Shown here piece after piece: positions 12,855-20,375 of a stretch of DNA of 64,000 nucleotides. The position numbers were made by a program, and so were the translations under genes. Origin of the DNA: an uncultured Sellimonas sp. (GTDB lineage Bacteria; Bacillota; Clostridia; Lachnospirales; Lachnospiraceae); assembly GCA_904393575.1 (NCBI GenBank), contig CAJFMZ010000001.1, positions 1,010-65,009 of the forward strand, written 5' to 3'. Positions within the stretch are counted from its first letter, which is position 1. Each line of letters opens with the position of its first letter. The notes below the pieces were generated by a model. It was given only the letters and a program-made list of their open reading frames with translations, was not told where the DNA came from and ran no database searches.

Positions 12855-12987
12855 TTATTCTTTTCAGAATCTGTTCTGCATCCAGTATAAAATCCGCCCT
12901 TTCTTTTTGCAAGATTCCGCAGGAAAAATATGTATTTTTATACATTCATGCGTTGCAGAATTCCGGCTCCCGTTTTATAATAAAAAG

Positions 12988-13001
12988 TGAAAACGTTATC
13001 T
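12988..13001. promoter_or_regulatory. cre-like (CcpA-type) element upstream of the first rpiB-like gene
   Basis: TGAAAACGTTATCT fits TGNAANCGNWNNCW. The 13-mer AAAACGTTATCTT recurs at 18929-18941 in the kdgT operon promoter. Confidence 0.45.
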
Positions 13002-13102
13002 TAATTCTTACCGTAACACGTTGACTTCTATTCATAATAAAGTACAGTTATTTTTTTCAGACGGACGAAACGACAGACAGGAACTCAAAGGAGGTACTTA
13101 CT

Positions 13103-13555
13103 ATGAAATTAGTTGTTGGCGGAGATCATGCAGGGTATGAATTAAAGCAGAAGATTCTTGCTTATCTGGAGGAGCAGGGACACGAGGTGCTTCATGTGGG
13201 AAGCTACACTCCAGAGATGGTGGACTTTCCTGATATTGCAGCAAAAGTATGCAGGGCGATTCTGGACGGCGAAGCAGAGCGTGGTATTATGGTCTGCGGC
13301 ACCGGAGTCGGAGCGGCGATTGCCTGCAATAAATATCCGGGAATCCGAGCTTCGGTAGTCCACGATATCTATACTGCCCACCAGTGTGTGGAGCATGACA
13401 ATGTACAGGTTATGGCAATCGGCGGACAGATCGTAGGTGATGTGGTCGCCAAAGAATTGATTCAGCTTTTCCTGAATGCAACCTTTTCCGAAAGCGAAGA
13501 ATTCCGCAATCGGGTAGCCAAGTTAGAAAAGCTTGACCAGATTCCTCGTTCCTAA
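13103..13555 (+). CDS. RpiB/LacA/LacB-family sugar-phosphate isomerase
   Basis: 150 aa: MKLVVGGDHAGYELK...CGTGVGAAIACNK. AAAGGAGG RBS. Confidence 0.85.
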   Translation: MKLVVGGDHAGYELKQKILAYLEEQGHEVLHVGSYTPEMVDFPDIAAKVCRAILDGEAERGIMVCGTGVGAAIACNKYPGIRASVVHDIYTAHQCVEHDNVQVMAIGGQIVGDVVAKELIQLFLNATFSESEEFRNRVAKLEKLDQIPRS

Positions 13556-13573
13556 GAAACCGAAAGCCGAAAA

Positions 13574-13623
13574 AACCATCCATCATGCAGTTTGGACAAT
13601 CGTCCTTCTGATGATGGATGGTT
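13574..13623. terminator. Bidirectional terminator
   Basis: 13-bp stem: aaccatccatcat (13574-13586) pairs with atgatggatggtt (13611-13623). Flanked by an A-run and a T-run, between convergent genes. Confidence 0.75.
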
Positions 13624-13625
13624 TT

Positions 13626-14270
13626 TTAATCCATGTAATAAAAATTTCTGCACAGGGCCTGATCATAATAAATTGTTTCCTTCTCTATAAATTCACTTTT
13701 CCCGTCCTGTACCCGGAGAATACTGACCGCACAGTTTACAGGCACACCTTCCTGCCAGAAATTATCCGGGTTTTCATATAAACGATTCAAAATGCCTCGC
13801 ATGGCACACCCATGGGTGGAAACCAGAATCGTCTTATCTTGGTACCATGTTGTGTGAATCAGATCCTGATACCACTCCCAGGTACGCTCACACACCTGGC
13901 GTATGGTCTCTCCGCCCGGTGCTCCCGGAAATGCAAAGGGATTCTCGTAAAACAATCTTAAGGTGTTTTGGATGGATGGATACCGGGGATCCCCAACACC
14001 GATCCCGTCCCAGTCGCCCCAGTTAATTTCGCGGATTCTGGAATCCAGAAGAATAGGGCAGGATCTCCTGCCGATCACAATCTGTGCTGTTTCCAGTGCT
14101 CTGGAGAGGGGACTGGATACAGCCAGGTCGAACGGGACTTCATCTAGTGCCCTGGCTGTAATCTGGGCCAGTTTTCTTCCATTCTCATTCAGAGGCACAT
14201 CGTGCTGTCCCTGAAGACGACGTGCCTGATTCCAGTCAGTTTCCCCATGCCGTATCATATATAGCAGCAT
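13626..14270 (-). CDS. Histidine phosphatase family protein (phosphoglycerate-mutase-like)
   Basis: N-terminal MIRHGETDWN catalytic motif. 214 aa. Last gene of the minus-strand acid-sugar operon. Confidence 0.8.
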   Translation of the reverse strand: MLLYMIRHGETDWNQARRLQGQHDVPLNENGRKLAQITARALDEVPFDLAVSSPLSRALETAQIVIGRRSCPILLDSRIREINWGDWDGIGVGDPRYPSIQNTLRLFYENPFAFPGAPGGETIRQVCERTWEWYQDLIHTTWYQDKTILVSTHGCAMRGILNRLYENPDNFWQEGVPVNCAVSILRVQDGKSEFIEKETIYYDQALCRNFYYMD

Positions 14271-14293
14271 TATTTTTTGTTTCCTTTCCTCTC

Positions 14294-14761
14294 TCAGGCT
14301 CCCGCCTTCTCATGGCGGCATCTTTCATCGAGTTCTTTGATCTTCTCTACCTTTCTTCCCGATGGACAGGCCGGGTCAAATCTGCATTCCAGCCAGATAT
14401 CCACCAGTTTTTTTGCTACGGCCTCTCCTACAGCCAGCGCCCCGAACGTCAGAATCTGGGCATCGTTACTTTTTATTGCCCGCTCTGCCGAGTAAGGATC
14501 CGTACACTGTGCTGCACGGATTCCCGGCACTTTATTGGCCACGATGGCCATGCCGATCCCGGTTCCGCAGATCAGGATTCCCCTGTCGTAGATCCCTTCG
14601 GCCACTTCCTCGGCCACCTTCCATGCAATATCCGGGTAGTCAACCGGATCTTCTGTATAGACACCGGCATCTGTAACCTCCACACCTTTGTTACGGATGT
14701 GATCAGCCAGTACATTTTTCAGTCCCAGGCCATTATGGTCTGCTCCAATCACAATTTTCAT
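14294..14761 (-). CDS. RpiB/LacA/LacB-family sugar-phosphate isomerase (second copy)
   Basis: MKIVIGADHNG...CGTGIGMAIVANK. Its ATG overlaps the stop of the upstream TIM-like gene (ATGA). Confidence 0.85.
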   Translation of the reverse strand: MKIVIGADHNGLGLKNVLADHIRNKGVEVTDAGVYTEDPVDYPDIAWKVAEEVAEGIYDRGILICGTGIGMAIVANKVPGIRAAQCTDPYSAERAIKSNDAQILTFGALAVGEAVAKKLVDIWLECRFDPACPSGRKVEKIKELDERCRHEKAGA

Positions 14762-15549
14762 TTGTTTCCCCCTTGTTGTCGTAACATCTCTGCCGTATCC
14801 CAGACCAGTCTGCTATAGAGATCCGCATAGATTCCACAGCCTGTCGTAAACAGTCCGTTTACATCCGGAAGCGCTGCGATATCAAGGCTTCGCTCCATTG
14901 TGATTCCGCCTCCGTACACAATATAAGCATGATCTGCCGTCTTATCGCCGTATCGTTCTTTTAATATGTTTCGGATACCACGATGAACCGTCTGAATATG
15001 GTCAAGCGGTACGGCATTTTTCTTTCCGATTCCCCATCTTGGCTCATACGCAAAGATGATTCCGGAAGCCTCTTCTGCGTCAACGCCTTCCAGAAGTTCA
15101 TCCAGCTGATGCCGGATAAAGTTCTGTACGTCCTCCTCGGTTCCTCTTTCTTCTTCCCCCATGCAGAGAAACGGAATCAGGCCGAGGCGCAGCGCCAGCT
15201 TAAGCTTTTTATTCGACATTTTGTTATCTTCGTGTAAATATTTTCTACGTTCCTGATGATTGATTTCCACATATTTACATCCGATTTCCAGGAGCATCTT
15301 TCCGGAAACTTCTCCCGTATAGGCGCCTTCCTCCTCCCAGAACATATCCTGTCCGCCGATTTTCAGCGCACTGTCGGCTGAAAGATGCCTGCATATTTCC
15401 GGGATAGCCGGAAAAGAAGGGAAGATCACGACCGGGAAGTCATGAAATCCCGCCAGTTTCTTTTCCAGATCCCTTGCAGTTTCAATGCTGTCCTGATATG
15501 TTTTTACCATTTTCCATCCGGAACCAACAATAAAATGTTTCATGTTCAT
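14758..15549 (-). CDS. Triose-phosphate-isomerase-family protein (TIM-like)
   Basis: Motifs GSGWKM, EINHQERR and YEPRWGIG are TIM-like. Start was moved to MNMKHF (15549; 15543 is also possible). The track's 51-aa extension overlaps the pdxA-like gene. Confidence 0.75.
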   Translation of the reverse strand: MNMKHFIVGSGWKMVKTYQDSIETARDLEKKLAGFHDFPVVIFPSFPAIPEICRHLSADSALKIGGQDMFWEEEGAYTGEVSGKMLLEIGCKYVEINHQERRKYLHEDNKMSNKKLKLALRLGLIPFLCMGEEERGTEEDVQNFIRHQLDELLEGVDAEEASGIIFAYEPRWGIGKKNAVPLDHIQTVHRGIRNILKERYGDKTADHAYIVYGGGITMERSLDIAALPDVNGLFTTGCGIYADLYSRLVWDTAEMLRQQGGNK

Positions 15550-15554
15550 CCTGC

Positions 15555-16529
15555 CTATCGATTCTTCATAAATTCTTCCGCAACAAGCATCGCCTGCTTC
15601 ATATTTTCTCCATCTGCCACGCCTTTTCCCGCAATATCGAAGGCTGTCCCGTGGTCTACCGAAGTCCGTATGATCGGAAGTCCAATGGTGCAGTTGACAC
15701 ACTGGCTCATCAGCTGAAGCTTCGCGGCGATGTGCCCCTGGTCATGATACATGGCCACTGCTGCATCATACACTCCATTGAGTGTCTTACTAAATACCGT
15801 ATCCGGTGGAATCGGACCTTCCACATAGATCCCTTCCTGTTTCGTCTCTTCGATCGCCGGGGTAATCTCTTGGATTTCTTCATCTCCAAACAGTCCATGT
15901 TCTCCGGCATGCGGATTCAAACCGGCCACCGCAATGTGCGGACGTTCTATTCCCGTCTGAATCAAGGCCTGGTTCAAAAGACGGATCACATCGGCAACTC
16001 TTTGCTTGGTTGCCCGGTTACATGCCTCACGCAGAGAACAGTGGGTAGAAACATGCATGATCTTCAGCGGACCGTAGAACATCATCGCATAGGTCTTTGT
16101 ACCTGTCAGAGTTGCAAAAATCTCAGTGTGACCGTCATAAAGATGTCCGCCCATGTGGAGAGCCTCCTTGTTGAGCGGTGCAGTGACCACTGCCGCAATT
16201 TTGCCATTCATTGCATCTTTAATGCTCCGTTCGATATATTTGTACGCCGCATCTCCGCATTTTGCAGAAAGTTGCCCGATCTCATAGTCCTTCATCACAA
16301 GGCCACAGCTGTCAATGACATTCACCGCTCCTTCTTCGTATTCTTCCGGATCCTGGATCTCTACAATCCGGCATCCAAGACCAAGCATATCATTATAGTG
16401 TTCCAGAATATCCACAGCACCGTATACTACATACTGGTGCTCATATACGTCTTTCAGGGCAAGTGCCTTCATGATGATCTCCGGACCGACTCCGGCCGGA
16501 TCGCCCATTGTAATACCTATCAAACTCAT
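15555..16529 (-). CDS. PdxA-family NAD-dependent dehydrogenase (PdxA2 / acid-sugar type)
   Basis: MSLIGITMGDPAGVGPEI, HTEIF and a HDQGHIA-like motif. 324 aa. Immediately follows the DUF1537 kinase gene. Confidence 0.85.
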   Translation of the reverse strand: MSLIGITMGDPAGVGPEIIMKALALKDVYEHQYVVYGAVDILEHYNDMLGLGCRIVEIQDPEEYEEGAVNVIDSCGLVMKDYEIGQLSAKCGDAAYKYIERSIKDAMNGKIAAVVTAPLNKEALHMGGHLYDGHTEIFATLTGTKTYAMMFYGPLKIMHVSTHCSLREACNRATKQRVADVIRLLNQALIQTGIERPHIAVAGLNPHAGEHGLFGDEEIQEITPAIEETKQEGIYVEGPIPPDTVFSKTLNGVYDAAVAMYHDQGHIAAKLQLMSQCVNCTIGLPIIRTSVDHGTAFDIAGKGVADGENMKQAMLVAEEFMKNR

Positions 16530-16530
16530 G

Positions 16531-17748
16531 TCAATGCCTCTTCCTTTCTTTCAAAAATCGTATAGACTCAGCCAGTGCATTCTCATCCCCGATAGATCCG
16601 CCTTTTACAATCAGCGGAAGACCCGGATAGTCACCGTCAACCGTTTCCAGAAGAGCAATAATGGGCAGGACCTCCTCCACCAGTTTTGCACCGTGAGCAT
16701 GGTTCTTTTCCATAAAACTGATGGCCGTATCCCCTCCTGTCAAAAAGATGCCACATACATTTGCCCTTTTCAATATGATCGTGGACAATTCACCAATTTT
16801 CTCCTGAGTGTATCTTGCCACATCACCGCGTTTCATTCCCATTTTCTTTCCGGTGTCCACTGCGTCCAGGTAGTCCTCATGTTCCTTTGCTGAAACGATC
16901 ACGACATCGTTTCCAAGAGCCAGACCATCCACCGCCTCTCCGGCTGTCTTTTCCAGGGTTCCTCCTTTTAGCAGCTCTGCCACATTCATCTCTACAACCT
17001 GCGCGCCCTGCTCTTTCGCTTTTCTCACCTGGTTTCTGGATGTGTCACTGATGCTCCCCACAAAAGACAATACCGGATACCGCGGACACAGTGCCGAGAA
17101 CAGCGCATTTGCCATCCCCGCAGATCCAACCCAGAGTACCTTTTTATTCTGGCTCAGGATATAACGCACCACCGCATCCATATCCTCATTTTCCAATACA
17201 TCAAAGGTGATCAGCTTTGAGCCATCCAGCTCAAATTTTCTGCTCCGGATCTGGGCCAATGTAAAATACTGTACCGGTTCTCCCATCTCCGTCTCAAGCA
17301 GCGTCTTCAGATTGTCCTCCTGAACAAGGCACAGCGGATCCCGCATAATCTCTGTCTCACAGATCCTCACACCGTTCATCATCAAAATCCCGTCTACAAC
17401 CGTACGGTTAGAATCCGGATTTCCCGGATTAAACACAGTCAGATCCGGTTTCAGTACTTCCCTTGCAGCCATCAGTTCCGCTTTGATATTTCCACGGATT
17501 GTCGAGTCAATTTTCTTGTAATAATAATCAAACTGATACTGCTCCATATCCTGATAGATTTTTTTCACCTTCCGGTAAGCTTCCTGGGCCGGAATATTCC
17601 TCGATTCCGAATCAATCACATAGGACTGATTCGGATCAATTTCCTCGGTATTAAAAGCAATCCGCGCTTCAATTCCGTTTTTCGACATCTGGACCCCTGC
17701 ATCTCCCGCTCCGGTAAAATCATCAGCGATCATCAAAAACTTTGCCAT
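16531..17748 (-). CDS. Four-carbon acid-sugar kinase family protein (DUF1537; OtnK/DtnK/OiaK-like)
   Basis: N-terminal IADDFTGAGDAG motif. 405 aa. Paired with the PdxA-family gene. Confidence 0.85.
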   Translation of the reverse strand: MAKFLMIADDFTGAGDAGVQMSKNGIEARIAFNTEEIDPNQSYVIDSESRNIPAQEAYRKVKKIYQDMEQYQFDYYYKKIDSTIRGNIKAELMAAREVLKPDLTVFNPGNPDSNRTVVDGILMMNGVRICETEIMRDPLCLVQEDNLKTLLETEMGEPVQYFTLAQIRSRKFELDGSKLITFDVLENEDMDAVVRYILSQNKKVLWVGSAGMANALFSALCPRYPVLSFVGSISDTSRNQVRKAKEQGAQVVEMNVAELLKGGTLEKTAGEAVDGLALGNDVVIVSAKEHEDYLDAVDTGKKMGMKRGDVARYTQEKIGELSTIILKRANVCGIFLTGGDTAISFMEKNHAHGAKLVEEVLPIIALLETVDGDYPGLPLIVKGGSIGDENALAESIRFLKERKRH

Positions 17749-17773
17749 GGTTTACCAAACCTCCATTTTACCG

Positions 17774-18751
17774 CTATTTTCCTGCCGCCGCCTCAGGCAC
17801 TGCTCCTTTCGGAAACTTCGGACAGCCAAATTTCTTCGCCCACCAGCTTACAATGAATGGAACCAGCAGAGCAGACAGCACGGTCGATGCCGCAACCTGT
17901 ACCGTCGCTGTACCTACAAAACTGGCCCATGCCGGATCCGCCGTTCCGATAACCGCCGGAACCGCAACCGCATTCCCCGCTGTCGTCGCCACTGCCCAGG
18001 CCGCATATCCAGGACGTCTTCCAATGTAGTGATCGCACAGATAAATAAACGCTCCTCCAATAAAAATAGTTGTAAGTCCAAGAAGAATACCGGATAATCC
18101 ACCTTCTACTACACTTGCAAGGTCAATTCCAGCACCAAGCGCAATTCCGGTAAATGGAATAATCGCATCCCCAACCGGTCCAAAGAACTCGGTCACTTTA
18201 TTGTCCAGGTTTCCAAGAATCATACCAGCAAGAATCGGAACCAGCGCTGCGACAAGACTCATAATCGGGATATCCGCCAGACCAGAAACACCAAGCGCAA
18301 GCAGTGTCAGGAACGGACCATCGTTAATAGCCAGAATCGGCATACATGCACAGTCAATATCATCCCCATATGTCTGCATCAGCGCATAGTAAACACTACC
18401 GTTACTGTTTGTAACCGCACAGATAATCGCCATACTGGAAATTCCAAAAATACCGGCCGGACCAAAGATACGCCCAACCACGATACCAAGAATTGCACCA
18501 ATGGCAAACTTGGAAATCAAAAGCAGTCCTCCACGTTTCAAAACCGCCGGCATCTCCTTCAGACGAAGCTTTGTCCCCATACAGAACAACAGAATACCAA
18601 GCGCACAGTTACTTCCGGCACTGGAAAACGTCGCCGTGGTAATTCCACCGATCTGTAACGCATCCGGAACAAACGTATTCAGCAAACACCCTATAAACAA
18701 CGGAACAACCATCATGCCCGCCGGCACTTTCCTCAAAAAATTCATAATCAT
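17774..18751 (-). CDS. kdgT: KdgT-family (2-keto-3-deoxygluconate-type) permease
   Basis: 325 aa, collinear with remembered KdgT (VPAGMMVVPLFIGCLLNTF...ILGNLD...). AGGAGG RBS. Confidence 0.8.
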   Translation of the reverse strand: MIMNFLRKVPAGMMVVPLFIGCLLNTFVPDALQIGGITTATFSSAGSNCALGILLFCMGTKLRLKEMPAVLKRGGLLLISKFAIGAILGIVVGRIFGPAGIFGISSMAIICAVTNSNGSVYYALMQTYGDDIDCACMPILAINDGPFLTLLALGVSGLADIPIMSLVAALVPILAGMILGNLDNKVTEFFGPVGDAIIPFTGIALGAGIDLASVVEGGLSGILLGLTTIFIGGAFIYLCDHYIGRRPGYAAWAVATTAGNAVAVPAVIGTADPAWASFVGTATVQVAASTVLSALLVPFIVSWWAKKFGCPKFPKGAVPEAAAGK

Positions 18752-18770
18752 ATGCGTTCTTACCTCCTGT

Positions 18771-18835
18771 CTCCTTCACATATGTAATCTCTCCACATCT
18801 TACATTTCGTCTCTTCCTTACATTGATCCTTACAT
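18771..18835 (-). repeat. Five-fold direct repeat in the 5' leader of the kdgT operon
   Basis: Forward copies: CTTCACAT (ends 18781), CTCCACAT (ends 18798), CTTACAT (ends 18805, 18823 and 18835). On the mRNA these read AUGU(A/G)(A/G)GGA-like. The three best copies read AUGUAAG. Confidence 0.5.
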
Positions 18836-18900
18836 ACCGGATTTTTGCCGCCCTCATGGCCACTCGGACTGCAAAAATCCCCCACAATCCCTCCTTTGCC

Positions 18901-18930
18901 ATTGTAAAAATGTACAATTATTTTTTTCAA
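18901..18930 (-). promoter_or_regulatory. Candidate sigma-A promoter of the kdgT-kinase-pdxA-TIM-rpiB operon
   Basis: On the minus strand: TTGAAA (18925-18930), 18-nt spacer, TACAAT (18901-18906). The -35 box overlaps the AAAACGTTATCTT motif at 18929-18941. Confidence 0.5.
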
Positions 18931-19050
18931 AACGTTATCTTTATATTCACATTGTATATCCACCCATCCGGTTTGCTAAGAATGAAAATTATTTGCTTCA
19001 CCAGCATACCGAAAAAACTTTCAAACCATACGCCACTGAAAAATTTTTAT

Positions 19051-19086
19051 CGGGGACGTGTACCGATGCATCGGTACACGTCCCCG
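19051..19086. terminator. Perfect 36-nt palindromic hairpin downstream of the SorC regulator gene
   Basis: cggggacgtgtaccgatg / catcggtacacgtccccg form an 18-bp stem, flanked by A/T-rich runs. Confidence 0.75.
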
Positions 19087-19112
19087 TTTATTAAAGTATT
19101 ATTTTTGTTGTT

Positions 19113-20120
19113 TTATTTTGTTTCTTCTCTGTGGAGTTTTAAGACAGTTTCGCCTAATTTGTTGTCTACGATCAGGACATCGATGAGCCCGCCTTTGAGT
19201 GCGGCGAGTACAGCGTGTGCTTTTTCTTTTCCTGATGCGAGTGTGATTTTGACTGGTATTTTTCTGAATTGTTCCAGACTGATGGAGATGGTTCGTTCTT
19301 TTAGTTCTGTGTCGCATTCATTGCCGTCTTTATCCAGAAATCGGAGTGCCACGTCGCCGATGACGTGGTGTTCTTTCAGCATGGCGACTTCGTCTGGCGA
19401 TAGGTAATATGGTTTTGCCAGAATGGAGGTTACTTTGGGATAGAATGCCCCGATTCCGTTAATTGCGATATTTACTTTATCAAACATATCCATAACCTGG
19501 GAGATGCTTTTTTCTTTTTTTAGCATCTTGACTGTTTCCGCTGAGTTCATCAGAGTGTCGGTTAACAGGATGTATTTCCGTCCGGAGAATGCTTTTGCCA
19601 TTCTGGAGACAAGTGTTCTGACGTCCCATTCTGTCACGCAGTTGCTTAGGCTTCCGTGGAGTGTAACGAAAGTGGTGTTTGCTTTTTGTGCCGGGTTGAG
19701 GTAGTTGATCATCTGATAGACCGTGCTTCCCCATGTCACTCCCAGTACATCGTTTTCTTTGATCACTCTCTGCAAATATCTTGCGCCTTCCAGTGCAACC
19801 AGCTTTTTCACCATTTCCGGATCTACGGAGGAATCGTCACCGTCTTCTTCCATGTTATCGATAACCGGGCTGATGATGACTTCTTTGAGTCCGAATTCCT
19901 TGCTGATTTCCTGACCGAGATTGAGACATTCTACATATGGATTGCGGATGACAAATTCGATAATCTTCTCGTCCCTGGCTCTTTTTAGCAATCTTGATAC
20001 GGTTGTGACTGAGACATCCAGTTCTTCTGCAATCTGGTTTTGGGACTTTTCAAGGATATAATACTGATATGCTGCCTTCAAAACCAAAAATACAGATTGA
20101 TCATACTTATCTAGTTTCAT
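19113..20120 (-). CDS. SorC/DeoR(Bsu)-family sugar-binding transcriptional regulator
   Basis: N-terminal HTH (QNQIAEELDVSVTTVSRLLKRA) plus a C-terminal sugar-phosphate-binding domain. 335 aa. Divergent from the RLP gene. Confidence 0.85.
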   Translation of the reverse strand: MKLDKYDQSVFLVLKAAYQYYILEKSQNQIAEELDVSVTTVSRLLKRARDEKIIEFVIRNPYVECLNLGQEISKEFGLKEVIISPVIDNMEEDGDDSSVDPEMVKKLVALEGARYLQRVIKENDVLGVTWGSTVYQMINYLNPAQKANTTFVTLHGSLSNCVTEWDVRTLVSRMAKAFSGRKYILLTDTLMNSAETVKMLKKEKSISQVMDMFDKVNIAINGIGAFYPKVTSILAKPYYLSPDEVAMLKEHHVIGDVALRFLDKDGNECDTELKERTISISLEQFRKIPVKITLASGKEKAHAVLAALKGGLIDVLIVDNKLGETVLKLHREETK

Positions 20121-20375
20121 CTTTTTTCTCCTTTCTTCCCAAACCTCTTTCGTTTTCTTTTCATTATACGGTTTTCTTTTTTATTTTGCAATTATTTTCA
20201 AATACTGGAAACTTTTTCCGAACGTAATCCTATATATGTCTCTTTTCCACATGTTCTGTCAGGATATCGTTTAGGTATATGGAAAATATTTTCACTATTG
20301 AAATTATTCTCACCTTGTTCTACATTTAGCTCAGAACAAGAACACAAATGTACCGTTGTAAGGAGGTAAACGATA

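Noticed and set aside
18823-19407. 194-aa plus-strand ORF spanning the kdgT promoter region, the palindromic terminator and the 3' end of the SorC gene
   Set aside because: It crosses a 36-nt perfect hairpin and then runs antisense to the SorC gene. No RBS. Not credible as a gene.
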